A stretch of DNA of 63,528 nucleotides, filler included, from Octopus bimaculoides (Eukaryota): the NCBI RefSeq assembly GCF_001194135.2. It is 6 parts of 6 records of this genome, joined end to end, with 100 filler letters (N's around TTAATTAATTAA, not from the genome) between each part and the next. Parts side by side here need not be neighbours in the genome. Positions count along the whole stretch, not along the records: positions 1 to 14,800 come from NC_068981.1; positions 14,901 to 26,175 come from NC_068990.1; 4 more parts are not named here. The stretch is one strand, 5' to 3'. Shown piece after piece: positions 13,815 through 25,930 of the stretch. The notes beneath the pieces are model-generated. The model ran no database searches, was not told the DNA's origin, and saw only the letters and a list, made by a program, of their open reading frames with translations. Within the stretch, counting starts at the first letter, position 1. The number at the start of each line of letters is the position of its first letter. Position numbers and translations under genes: made by a program.

Positions 13815-13945
13815 ATACCATTTATGGATACGAGGTGACGGGTGCTTGGTACCAATATACATCAGAAAAGGTAATGGACGAAAAGGAGAAGGCAAAAGTC
13901 CTCTGAGACTTTGACTTCCAGATAGACAAGATATTAGATAGACAA
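13815..13945 (+). mobile_element. R4/Dong-clade LINE fragment (REL endonuclease region)
   Basis: YGYEVTGAWYQYTSEKVMDEKEKAKVL*DFDFQIDK resembles the WY.H.P..V.EN...KILWDF.IQTD motif. Confidence 0.7.
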
Positions 13946-13946
13946 G

Positions 13947-14028
13947 GTATTTCAACTCAGAATGTAAAGACGGACGAAGTGACGCTAAGCATTTCACCCG
14001 GCGTGCTAATGATTTTACCAGCATGCCG
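13947..14028 (-). mobile_element. SINE family A head
   Basis: Reverse complement resembles ..gcacgccgggtgaaatgcttagcg..ttcgtccgtc.ttacattctgagttgaaat, as in 31462. Confidence 0.7.
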
Positions 14029-14029
14029 G

Positions 14030-14083
<54 letters not shown>

Positions 14084-14280
14084 GACTTCGCACACTATAC
14101 AATATCGTGAGGTTGTTGATTGTAGATATTTTGTCTACCAGGGGTTTTATACTGTTTGTCAAGTCGTAAAAAGGAACCCAGACAGACAGCACTTTACACA
14201 ATATGCGTGCAGTTCCAAGTAATGACGACGTTTGCAATACATCTAGATAGTAAGGTATTTTTAAGGTTTTCAGATAATTA
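14030..14280 (-). mobile_element. R4/Dong-clade LINE 3' end with (TAA)n tail
   Basis: Minus translation YLKTLKIPYYLDVLQTSSLLGTARILCKVL; (TAA)n tail at about 14030-14080. Confidence 0.75.
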
Positions 14281-14289
14281 CTATTATTA

Positions 14290-14800
14290 TTATTTATTTA
14301 TTTATTTTTTGAGTGAGTGAGAGAGCAGTGCATGCCATCAAAGTGACACTAGGGTAAAATATACGAAGTTCAGTATACTCATCATGACTACCTGTCAGAT
14401 AAGAGTACACCAGGCACATGCATCACAACCATATGTGCGCGACATGGTGATCTCATACCAAGATAAAAAGCACATGACCTCGTAAGTGGGGCGCAGTTAG
14501 AATTTTATTCAGGTCGAGTAGCCCATCCCGCTCAAAAGGTCCCTGAATAAGGTTTGTTTAAGGATGTTGAGTAAAACACCCATGTTTCCAAAGGTGAATT
14601 ATTCAAACCCCAAAGAATTCCTCTCAACACATGTCTATGATGCTCCCCACTACTTCTGCTCATGATCAGAGATGCACGTATCGTCAGCCACCAAGGGACA
14701 TGCTCAACTGGTTAAGGTCAAACAACTGACAAGCAAATATGTGGTATTAAGCACAATATTTGCTGTAGCCCGTCTTTTATACCAAAACAAAACAATGTAC
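14290..14800 (-). mobile_element. (TAA)n-tailed retroposed repeat, inverted relative of 13213-13608
   Basis: Reverse-complement homology along about 370 bp (gcagtgcatgccatcaaagtgacact ... gatcagagatgcac). Confidence 0.75.
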
Positions 14801-14900
14801 NNNNNNNNNNNNNNNNNNNNNNNNNNNNNNNNNNNNNNNNNNNNTTAATTAATTAANNNNNNNNNNNNNNNNNNNNNNNNNNNNNNNNNNNNNNNNNNNN
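14801..14900. other. Artificial scaffold join (44 N + TTAATTAATTAA + 44 N); same construct at 26176-26275, 42158-42257, 54464-54563 and 59170-59269
   Basis: The same 12-mer, which has stops in all six frames, is centred in five 100-bp gaps. Confidence 0.95.
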
Positions 14901-15205
14901 AACTCGAATGTGGAATCTAAAAACAGAAACAATTCCTATTATAGTAGGTGCCTTAGGTATAATAAAAAAATATTCAGACAAATACATAACAAAAACACCA
15001 GGGCTTACAAATATATATAACATACAGAAAATTGCACTACTGGGTACTGCACACATCCTACGCAAAACACTTTCAATACAGTAACCATAAGAGCACAACA
15101 GCAAACCACAGCACATACCCAAGGCGCACAGAGCTGCGCTCGGTAGTGAAATGAAAGCACGTTATAAAAATAAAACTACTGAACAATAATGATAATAATA
15201 ATAAT
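14901..15205 (+). mobile_element. R4/Dong-clade LINE 3' end with (TAA)n tail
   Basis: TRMWNLKTETIPIIVGALGIIKK...IQKIALLGTAHILRKTLSIQ*, then a 3' UTR and (taa)n. Confidence 0.85.
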
Positions 15206-15654
15206 ATAGATATAGATGTATTAGTGTGTTCAGAAAGTAATTGCATTTTACCAAAAGGATATAAAATGAATGTAAACTACATTTATCTCTTATAAAATGT
15301 TCTAGTGATCGGAACAGATGGATATCCATTGGTGTTAAGTCAGGTGAGTATGGAGGATGTGGAAGAACTTACTATCCTTATGATCTTATTTTTTCTTGAG
15401 TTTGTTTTGAAGAGTGTGACCATGTATTGTCCTGCTGGAGAATAACACCTTTTCTGTTTACTACAGCTGCCACTTTCAACGTAATTTTTCATTTACATGA
15501 TCAAGTTGTCGGTCCTTCCTTCTTCCAGTAGCCTGTAATGGATGTTACTTTTCATGTTCCACCAAATCCAGAGCAAGGATTTTTGTGGATGGAGTTTTGG
15601 TGGTGGCACTGACCTCTCATTATGTGATGACCATCATCTTTTTCATTTTCTCTT

Positions 15655-16684
15655 CATCATCATCATCATCATCGTTTAACGTCCACTTTCCATGCTAGCA
15701 TGGGTTGGACGATTTGACTGAGGACTGGTGAAACCGGATGGCAACACCAGGCTCCAGTCTGATTTGGCAGAGTTTCTACAGCTGGATGCCCTTCCTAACG
15801 CCAACCACTCAGAGAGTGTAGTGGGTGCTTTTACGTGTCACCCGCACGAAAACGGCCACGCTCGAAATGGTGTCTTTTATGTGCCACCCGCACAAGCCAG
15901 TCCAGGGGCACTGGCAACGATCTCGCTCGAAAATCCTACAGGAGCCAGTCAGGCGGTACTGGCAACGGCCNNNNNNNNNNNNNNNNNNNNNNNNNNNNNN
16001 NNNNNNNNNNNNNNNNNNNNNNNNNNNNNNNNNNNNNNNNNNNNNNNNNNNNNNNNNNNNNNNNNNNNNNNNNNNNNNNNNNNNNNNNNNNNNNNNNNNN
16101 NNNNNNNNNNNNNNNNNNNNNNNNNNNNNNNNNNNNNNNNNNNNNNNNNNNNNNNNNNNNNNNNNNNNNNNNNNNNNNNNNNNNNNNNNNNNNNNNNNNN
16201 NNNNNNNNNNNNNNNNNNNNNNNNNNNNNNNNNNNNNNNNNNNNNNNNNNNNNNNNNNNNNNNNNNNNNNNNNNNNNNNNNNNNNNNNNNNNNNNNNNNN
16301 NNNNNNNNNNNNNNNNNNNNNNNNNNNNNNNNNNNNNNNNNNNNNNNNNNNNNNNNNNNNNNNNNNNNNNNNNNNNNNCTAATGTTCAGCTTTTCTCTCA
16401 AGATACTTACACTCTGACGGGTATTCACATTGACATTACACATCCAACGGAGCATACTGGCTTCATTTCTTGCGAGCTTACGTATGTCCTCAGCAGTTAC
16501 AGCCCACGTTTCACTGCCATGTAGCATGGTTGTTCGTACGCATGCGTCATACAGTCTGCCTTTTACTCTGAGTGAGAGTCCCTTTGTCGCCAGCAGGGGT
16601 AAGAGCTCTCTAAACTTTGCCCAGGCTATTCTTATTCTAGCAGCTACACTTTCAGCGCACCCACCCCCACTACTAATATGCAAA
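15655..16684 (-). mobile_element. 5'-truncated RTE-clade LINE with (GAT)n tail
   Basis: ISSGGGCAESVAARIRIAWAKFRELLPLL..KGRLYDACVRTTMLHGSETW..RNEASMLRWMC; 3' UTR ends ttaaacgatgatgatg; internal gap. Confidence 0.9.
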
Positions 16685-17171
16685 ATCCTTCATCACCTGT
16701 AACAATGTGCTGCAGAAATGAGTGGTTGTTATTCTTGGTGAGAAGACTACTACAGATGGTGGAATGTTGTGTTTGAATCTCAAGCATATGCTCATGTGGA
16801 ACCCAAGTTCCCTCTTTGCATGTTCTCTCAATTTGCTTGAGATGTTAATGGATAGTTGAACATAACACATTGAGGTTTTGCACCAAATATCTGGTTCTTT
16901 GATGTGGATCCAATATAATAGTCTCATTCAAAAGGTCATCATTTAGAATGGGTTGTCTTCCAGAGTGAAGATTGTTGGATATGTCACAATCACCATCTTT
17001 AAACCTTTTAAACCACAGCTGACATGTACGAGCTTTCACTGCATGTGGATACACTTCACAAATGTTTTTCACTGCTTCTCTAGTGGTACTTTTCTTTTGA
17101 AACTCATACAGTAAGCAATAGTGAATATGTTTTGTAAAATTTTTATCCTCCATGGGGTTAATTACTGAAAT

Positions 17172-19113
17172 CATCATCATCATCATCATCGTTTAACGTC
17201 CGCTTTCCATGCTAGCATAGGTTGGACAATTTAACTGAGGACTGGTGAACCAGATGGCTACACCAGGCTCCAATCTGATTTGGCAGAGTTTCTACAGCTG
17301 GATGCCCTTCCTAACACCAACCACTCTGAGAGTGTAGTGGGTGTCTTTATGTGCCACCAGCACGAAGGCCAGTCAGGCGGTACTGGCAACGGCCACGCTC
17401 AAAATGGTGTACTTTATGTGCTACCTGCACAGGAGCTAGTCCAGCGGCACTGGCAATGANNNNNNNNNNTCACTTGCCCCAATATGTCTTCGCAAGCCGA
17501 GTTTAGTGTCCAATGAAAGAGACAACATTAGCATGGGTGCCAGTTGTCAAATTTAGTTTGATTTCAATTTCACTTGCTTCAACAGATCTTTGCAAGCAGA
17601 GTTTAGTGTCCAATGAAAGAAAGGTACGCATAAGCGGGCTGGCTACACCCCTGGCAGGGGCCTTGGATTTCGGTCTCACTTGGCTTGCCGGCTCTTCTCA
17701 CACACAGCATATTTCCAAAGGTCTCGGTCAGAAGTCATTGCCTTGGTGAGGCCCAATGTTCGAAGGCCATGCCTCACAAACTCATCCCAGGTCTTCCTGG
17801 GCCTACCTCTTCCACAGGTTCCTTCAACTGCTAGGGTGTGGCACTTTTTCACACAGCTATACTCATCCATTCTCACCACATGACTGTACCAGCGCAATCG
17901 TCTCTCTTGCATGCCACAACTGTGCTTCTTAGGTCTAACTTTTCTCTCAAGGTACTTACACTCTGTCTAGTATGCACACTGACATTACACTTCCATCGGA
18001 GCATACTGGCTTCATTCCTTGTGAGCCTACACAAGTCCTCAGCAGTCACAGCTCATGTTTCACTGCCATGGCTGTTCGTACACATGCGTCATACAGTCTG
18101 CCTTTTACTTTGAGTGAGAGGCCCCTTGTCACCAACAGAGGTAAGAGCTCTCTGAACTTTGCCCAGGCTATTCTTATTCTAGCAGCTACACTCTCAGTGC
18201 ACCCTACCCCACTACTAACTTGGTCACCTAGATAGCAGAAGCTATCAATTAAGTTTAGTTTTTCTCCCTGGAATGTGGTCAAACTTGTTTTCTGCACATT
18301 TTCAGTGTTTTTTGCTCCTGAACATCTGCCACATACAAAAACTAACTTCCTAGTTAGTCTTCCTTTGATATTGCTGCACTTCTTATGAGTCCATAGCTTA
18401 CACTGAGTACATCTTATAGAGTTTCTACCTATGCCTTTTTTACAGATCGAGCAGGGCCATCTACCTGAAGGAGTTTGTGTTTTGTGTACCTTCCTACTTA
18501 TTAGGACTTTGGTTTAGCTAGGTTGACTCTAAGGCCCTTCGGTTCTACTCCTTGCTTCCACACCTGAAACTTCTCCTCTAGTTCTGATAGTGACTCAGCA
18601 ATTAGTGCAAGGTCATCAGTATAGAGGAGCTCCCAGGGGCATCCTGTCTTGAATTCCTCTGTTATTTCCTGGAGGACTATGATAAATAGGAGGGCGTTGA
18701 GGACTGAACCTTGGTGGACTCCTACCTCTACCCGGAATTCTTCACTGTACTCGTTGTTAACCCTCACATTACCAACAACGTCTCTGTACATGGCTTGCAC
18801 AGCACTCACTAACCATTCTTCTATCCCTAGTTTTCTCATTGACCACCAGATAAGGGATCGGGGGACCCTATCAAAGATTTCTCCATGTCAACAAAAGCCA
18901 GGAACAGAGGTTTATCTTTGGCTAAGTATTTCTTCTGCAGCTGTCTTACCAGAAATATAACATCAGGGGTGCTTTTCCCTGGCACAAACCCAAACTGCAT
19001 CTCATCTAAACTGACTCTCTCCCTAATTAGTTGAGCTATGACCCTCTCTGTGACTTTCATTACCTGATCTAACAACTTGATACCTCTGTAATTATTTGTA
19101 TCTAAAGCGTCGC
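17172..19113 (-). mobile_element. 5'-truncated RTE-clade LINE including RT domain, frameshifted
   Basis: NYRGIKLLDQVMKV, EMQFGFVPGKST.D.IF.VRQLQ, AFVDMEK, GVHQGSVL..LLFIIV, WELLYTDDL, RRLRWYSHVVRM, GRGRPRKTW; (GAT)n tail at 17172. Confidence 0.92.
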
Positions 19114-19620
19114 ACTGCTGGATAGAAGAGATGATATACTATTTCTAGACAGCTTCCACCCATTTGACCTTGGCTTTGACGTGGTTGGCTGATTCTTATT
19201 TGATAGTGGTGAAAAAATGCAATTACTTTCTGAACACCATAATACCTACCTTATAAGGATATTATATAAGTTGTATATATTCATGTATGCAGTGGAGAGT
19301 AAAGAAGAACATGGTTGGAGGTGAAGTAAAGTGGAGACAGGGTTTGAATTAGACTAGGAGATTGAGCAGTATTCGTTGGTGTCTGTATTCTGAAGATGAG
19401 GTAGTTTGCTTAGTGTCATGTCAAACCTTGATGAAAGGTAACTTCACAGAGAAATGATTGAAGGCATATTGAATTGAAATGTCTAGTTATGTCATTTGGA
19501 GATTGCTTGCTGTTATTGCAAATATCATGAGCATATTAGAATTTTATGCCTTAAGATTTTAAAGCACTAATTATAAGAAAACTTTTAAATCATAGCATTC
19601 TTGATTCAGGCACATAGGTA

Positions 19621-20625
19621 TTCATCATCATCATCATCATTTAACAACTGTTTTCCATGCTGACATGAGTTGGACAGTTTGATTGAAAACTGGTAAATTG
19701 GGGAACTGCACCAGGTTTCAATCTGATTTGGCATAACTTCTACAGCTTAATGCCCCTCCTAACACCAGCCACTCTAAGAGTGTAGTTGGTACTTTTTACA
19801 TGCCATCGGCAAAGGTGTCAGTTATGAAATACTGACATTGGCCACGACAGGTCTTTTCAAGGTCTCGGTCACTTGTCACTGCCTTCATGAGGCCCAAAGT
19901 TTGAAGGGTGTTTTTTACATGCCACCGGCATGGGTGCCAGGTATGCGACACTGGCATCAGCCACATGGCTTGACGGGTCTTCTCAAGCACAGTATATCGC
20001 CCAATGTTCAAAGGGTGCTTTTTATGTGCCAACAGCATGAGTGCCAGTTACATGACACTGCCATCAGCCATGACTGCAATTTCACTTGGCTTGATGAATC
20101 TTCTCAAGCATGGCATATCGCCAGAGGTCTTGGTTACTTATTGCCTCCATGAGTCCCAGTGTTTGAAGATCAAGGTTCATCACCTTGTTCCATGTCTTCC
20201 TGGGTCTACCTCTTCCACGGATTTCCTTCACAGTTGGAGATCGACACACAGCTGTCCTCGTCCATATGTATTACATGACCATACCAGTGCAGTTCTCTCT
20301 CTTATGCACCACATATGATTCCTCTTATGCCCAAATTTTCTCTCAAGCCAATTACACTCTGTCATACATACACACTCTGTCATACATGCACACTCTGTCA
20401 TACGTTGTACATCCAGCGAAGCATACTAACTTCATTTCTTTCAAGCCTTCACATGTTCTCAGCAGTTACAACCCATGTTACACTGCCATGTAGCATGGCT
20501 GTTCGCACACAGGCATTGTACAATCTGCCTTTCACTCTGAAAGAGAGGCCCTTTGTTACCAACAGAAGTAAGAGCTCTTTGAACTTTACCCAGCCTATTC
20601 TTATTCTAGCTGCGATGCTCTCAGA
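19621..20625 (-). mobile_element. Older RTE-clade LINE 3' fragment
   Basis: SESIAARIRIGWVKFKELLLLLVTKGLSFRVKGRLYNACVRTAMLHGS; same 3' UTR family and (GAT)n tail. Confidence 0.85.
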
Positions 20626-20632
20626 GCAGTAT

Positions 20633-21330
20633 TCATCATCATCATCATCATCGTTTAACATCCGTTTTCCATGCTGGCATGGGTTGGATGGTTCAACTGG
20701 GGTCTGGGAAGCCAGGAGGCTGCACCAGGCCTCAATCTGATCTGGCAGTGTTTCTACAGCTGGATCCCCTTCCTAATGCCAACCACTTCAAGAGTGTAGT
20801 GGGTGCTTTTTACATGCCACCGGCACAGGGGCCAGGGGAGCTGGCATCAGCCATAGGCGGATGGTGCTTTTTATGTGCCACCAGCACAGAAGCCAGTCAA
20901 GGCGGCACTGACATCAGCCATGTTTGGATTGTGCTTTTTACATGCCACCGGCACGAGGGTCTCAACTACAATTTCCATTTGATTGTAATTTGATTTGATA
21001 TTGATGTTGATGTACTTGACTCAATAGGTCTCCTTAAGCTTGGCATGTTGCTCTATGATCCAAGGTACTTTTGTGTGTGCTGGTTATGCGACGTTGGTGT
21101 GGTTACGGCTGTGAACTCACTTTATTTGCCTGGTCTTCTCAGACACAGCATACCTCCGGAGGTCTCGGTCTTTTGTCATTGCCTCTGTGAAGCCCAACAT
21201 TCAAAGGTCATACTTCAACACCCCATCCCATGTCTTCCTGGGTCTCCCTCTACCCCAGATTCCTTCCACTGTTTGGAAGTGGCACTTCTTCACACAGCTT
21301 TCATGCAGTAGCTTTCTCCAGTTAAACATG
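20633..21330 (-). mobile_element. RTE-clade LINE 3' fragment
   Basis: (GAT)n tail at 20633, same 3' UTR, C-terminal G.PRKTW / DRDLW-like remnants near 21150-21300. Confidence 0.8.
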
Positions 21331-21479
21331 TGTCTGTTTTCCTCTTCCTTCATCTAATGGTGGTAGTGATGTCATCACCAAAGAAATTATCATTAGTTTT
21401 TCAAACTGCTGATACTATCAATCATAACTTCTGCTAGAAGTGCCACTGTTTTTGTGTGATATGATGAGACTTGAACTGA

Positions 21480-21700
21480 GAATGCACAGAATTTGAATAG
21501 ATTGCACAGAGCATTCCACTGGACACTAATAATTCTGCCAGTCCACTTCCTTGGACTAGTTCTTTTATCAACCCTGAAATGATGAAAACAAAGTTGACCT
21601 ACATGGGATTTGAACTTCAGACACAGAGAGTCAAAACAAATACCACAAGATAGTTCATCCAACTCTCTAATAATGACTTTGCCAATTCACCACCTTCGCT
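21480..21700 (-). mobile_element. Old SINE family A copy
   Basis: Reverse complement aaggtggtgaattggca...gttcaaatccc..ggtcaactttg.tttcatc.tttc.gggttgataaaa aligns to 31462. Confidence 0.65.
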
Positions 21701-22292
21701 TAAATGCTCTTTATAACAGACTAGCAGTAGAACCTGACGTTGTCCGGGTGTGACTTATTACGCCATCTACGATAAGTCTTGCTAGGTGAAAATCAAGTAA
21801 AAAAGAAAGCCTTACAATGAAAAAACCCTTATGATGTAAATATGTTCATAATTCAAAAGACGATGAAATTAATAGGGAAAGTCTGAAGGCTGTTTTGCAT
21901 AACATTATTAAGTGTACATAAATTTCATCCGTCTAATTGGCTATAGAAATGCTTGTGCAAAACAACTTTTTGCGCTGCCTTGATTATACATAATTGGGTA
22001 ATTCCTTTTCACAGGAGGTTGGATGGCAATTTCTGATGAAGCAATTGCTGGCGATCTGTTGGTACACAGTTTTGCCAGAATTCTATCAGATTAGGCAGAT
22101 GTTGATGCACCGTTTTGCATTATGTTCAAAGTAGCTTCTGGAATGTGGTGAAGTGCTGCATTCTGTTGCTGTCTTTTTAAACCGGTTGCATTCTTTCCCC
22201 AGCAAGCTCTCTTGTTTGAAGGCATAATATATGTACATATTAAACAGAACAAAAGTTATAACAGATGGCAGGGTTGGTAGTTTTCACATTTC

Positions 22293-22444
22293 GGTAATTT
22301 TTCAGATTAACACCCGCATGATTATGTAACCCTAACCCTAAAACCGTAACCCTGACCCTAAAACCGTAACCCTAACCCTGACCCAAAAACCGTAAGTATA
22401 ACACCCAAGTAAAAATCGTGCGGGTGTTAATCTGAAAAATTACC
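22293..22444. mobile_element. 152-bp MITE-like element with 31-bp TIRs and internal telomere-like repeats
   Basis: ggtaatttttcagattaacacccgcatgatt versus aatcgtgcgggtgttaatctgaaaaattacc (30/31 inverted match); flanks cacatttc / cacatttg; internal taaccctaaccctaaaaccg repeats. Confidence 0.85.
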
Positions 22445-23336
22445 CACATTTGTAATGAAGTTCACTGATTTGCAATGTGTTGTTCATAAGCTCCGTAGTT
22501 TGTATATTTACAAAACATTGACGAACATGAGTTATCTTGTAGTGAATGGTTGTGTGTACATGCGCGTGTATGCGTTTGAGAGATCGAGAGAGAAGAGGGT
22601 GAGAGGAAAAGAGAGAGAGAGGGAGATAAAGGAATAGAAAACAGGAGCAATGAAGAAAGAGAGGAAGGGAGAACGGAAGACAGTTATAAAATAGCAATGC
22701 GTGCACATGTTTATGTAAGAAACACACAGAAACTAAATCTTATATCTATAATGTTGATGTGTGTATGTGTTTATGTGTATGTTGTTGTCACAGATCATGT
22801 ATGTGTGGTTGTGTGTTTTTACGTTTCTATGCTATGAAAAATATGTTAGAGGTAGAGGGATAGAAGAAAGCTATTAAATGGGAGACAGGAAGAAGAACGA
22901 AGAGTGAAAAGGTAGAAGGAAAGAATAGTCTTAAAGCAAGTTAATCTATGACTTTGTATGTATCACTTTCTATCTCTCTCTTTTACTCTTACTCTCTATA
23001 TTATATGTTGAGCACGTGGTCGATGTGTAAGAACGCCAGTACAGGTAGAAGGGAAGAAATATAAAAGTTGCTAGAAACAACAGCCAAATCTCCCTTAAAT
23101 CACACAAAGTAAACGGAATTTAAAAAATTTAATTACTGTACTGGAAAGTTCACATTGAGAAAATTCCATTGATGTAAAAATTTGTACAAAACAGTGGAAA
23201 ATGTGGATTTCTATAAACTTTTAAAAAGGCTTCACACAGATACAGAACTTCAGCATTATATATTAAGATGGGCAACACACACACTAAATAAAAAAATGAC
23301 AGATATTTGTATATATCTGTGTATTGATGTGTATTC

Positions 23337-23369
<33 letters not shown>

Positions 23370-24559
23370 NNNNNNNNNNNNNNNNNNNNNNNNNNNNNNN
23401 NNNNNNNNNNNNNNNNNNNNNNNNNNNNNNNNNNNNNNNNNNNNNNNNNNNNNNNNNNNNNNNNNNNNNNNNNNNNNNNNNNNNNNNNNNNNNNNNNNNN
23501 NNNNNNNNNNNNNNNNNNNNNNNNNNNNNNNNNNNNNNNNNNNNNNNNNNNNNNNNNNNNNNNNNNNNNNNNNNNNNNNNNNNNNNNNNNNNNNNNNNNN
23601 NNNNNNNNNNNNNNNNNNNNNNNNNNNNNNNNNNNNNNNNNNNNNNNNNNNNNNNNNNNNNNNNNNNNNNNNNNNNNNNNNNNNNNNNNNNNNNNNNNNN
23701 NNNNNNNNNNNNNNNNNNNNNNNNNNNNNNNNNNNNNNNNNNNNNNNNNNNNNNNNNNNNNNNNNNNNNNNNNNNNNNNNNNNNNNNNNNNNNNNNNNNN
23801 NNNNNNNNNNNNNNNNNNNNNNNNNNNNNNNNNNNNNNNNNNNNNNNNNNNNNNNNNNNNNNNNNNNNNNNNNNNNNNNNNNNNNNNNNNNNNNNNNNNN
23901 NNNNNNNNNNNNNNNNNNNNNNNNNNNNNNNNNNNNNNNNNNNNNNNNNNNNNNNNNNNNNNNNNNNNNNNNNNNNNNNNNNNNNNNNNNNNNNNNNNNN
24001 NNNNNNNNNNNNNNNNNNNNNNNNNNNNNNNNATTAGAATGAGGTATGTATGTATATATGTATGTAGTATGAAAATCAAACCATTAAAGTGAAACTATCT
24101 GTCATTACACTATCGAAATGTGATTGTTTCAGTTTTGATACTGAAAGAGTTTTCTTTTACTGTCAGTGTTTCTCCTTCCTTTCTTTTTGTATTTGTTGTT
24201 GGATTGTTCGTAAAGGTTCATAAGAGAAAGTAGGAGTTGAAAGGATTTGTAAAGGTAGTAGAAAGAGGAAATTAGATTTTATTAGGAGGGAAAATGTTTA
24301 TTTGTGTAGTTTTATTCGTTATTATGAGTAATTTTGAGTGAAAAAAATGATGCAGTGACCTAACTAATTGTATATAGAATATTAATTGCGATTCTTTAAT
24401 CCAAGAAATTTGGAATTGTGTAAATGTATGAATTTTAAACATACACACACACACACACACACAGAAAATCTGCCTTTTATAGATAAGATTATATTACTAC
24501 ATATTCTTTTTGGGATTTCAGTTGTAGGACTACAGCCATATTGTAGCACCACCTTAATT

Positions 24560-25620
24560 TATTTTCTTTCAGTTTTGTTTTTGCTTTATGGTTGGAAGTT
24601 GGTCTATGATTGAACTGGTCTTCTCTGAGTATATCCTTGAATGATTGGCTGGTCTGGTATCATTGTTAGGAGTTTATTCAATGTTTTTTTAATGTTTCAG
24701 TAGAGGTCCCTTTTATAACTCTGATTTGTTTAGGTAGGCTGCTGAACAATTGAGGACCTCTAAATATCATATTCTTTTTATCTGCCAATTGATAAATGAG
24801 GTTTAGTACATTTTGGAGTGTACCAGAATAGCTTGGATAGCTATTGATATTTTTTTGTGTCATCCTCTTAGCTCATCAGATAAATAATAATGTTCCTAGA
24901 ACCATGCCTTGAAGTATACCGCTTATTACAGGTAATTTTGCTGAGAAAAATCCGTTTGCAGCAACAGATTGATTTTTACATCATAAGGAATTAGAGAGCC
25001 GTTCTCTGTGTTTCGCTGTAATACCAAAATCTGTCTATGACAGACGATTACATGATCAATCTTGTCAAATGCTTTCACAAAATCAAGAGATAAACAGTGT
25101 TCATTCCTCTCAAAAGAGTATTGAGGATAGTATTAAGGTGCTGTAATGGTTGTGACAGGCAACTTTCTCTCATCTGCAAACCAGGTTGTGTATTCTGTAA
25201 GAGATTGTTTTTCTTGAGGTATGTAATTATTTTTTTTTGGACAATGTATTCAACTATTCTAAATGTGTGAGATGTGAAAAAAGCAGGTCTGTAATTTTTA
25301 GCTTCAACCCTGCTACCTCCTTTTCATCTTCATACCCAAAATTTCTCTTTTGCATATTACTATCACTATCATTTTCAAATTGGTTTGCAATATTGGTATT
25401 TTTGTTTTTGGCTCAGGTTTTTGGTAATGCTTCAAAATGCTTTTCGTATCTTTCATTTTCAATATCCTCTGTCTTCAGGATCCTTCATTTCTTTAAGTTA
25501 TTTCAATACCTACCACCAGCTACCAGCTTGTTGAGCATTTTTACCTGGCATCTAGTGTTCAGTTTTATCAAATTACTTGGATTTATATTATTGACTGAAA
25601 TCTGAAAAACAAATTACTCT
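24560..25620 (-). mobile_element. Decayed CR1/L2-like LINE (RT and 3' end)
   Basis: KNNLLQNTQPGF, DFVKAFDKIDH, SGILQGMVLGTLLFI, FRGPQLFSSLPKQIR. Confidence 0.75.
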
Positions 25621-25764
25621 TCAATCAAAATGTTGATATTTCATAAAAAGCTGCTGTTAAAATTTAAAATTATGATATTGGCTGATGTAATGTCTTTATG
25701 GATGGAAAATAATTTTTTTCCATTTTCTTTTCTAATGCTAATGCATCATTTTTCTTTTTTTTCG

Positions 25765-25930
25765 CCCTTTCAAAGCCTAGCCATGCTCATGGGCCCAGTT
25801 TCCTGGTTTCTATGGCGTATGTGTTCTCCCCCAGCACGGGACACCAGTCCATCGCAGCGTTACTCAAGAAACAGGAAGAAAGAGTGAGAGAAATTTGGGG
25901 CGAAAGAGTACAACAGGGGTCGCCACATGG
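25765..25930 (-). mobile_element. SINE family C 3' portion
   Basis: Reverse complement aatttctctcactctttcttcctg...gctgcgatggactggtgtcccg...gccatagaaaccagg..catggct matches 39567-39831. Confidence 0.7.

Larger units (their letters stand above)
15219..19244 (-). mobile_element. Mariner element with both TIRs, split by two RTE insertions
   Basis: Left TA-ttagtgtgttcagaaagtaattgcatttt and right aaaatgcaattactttctgaacaccataa-TA are inverted repeats. N-terminal half 17153-16690 (MEDKNF..CLLYEFQK, WFKRFKDGD, WVPHE, IVTGDE) is collinear with C-terminal half 15640-15290 (KR*WSSHNERSVPPPKLHPQKSLLWIWW, PYSPDLTP-like). Confidence 0.85.

Noticed and set aside
12982-13906. Poly-S/D/H/K/L/F ORFs
   Set aside because: Translations of trinucleotide microsatellites.
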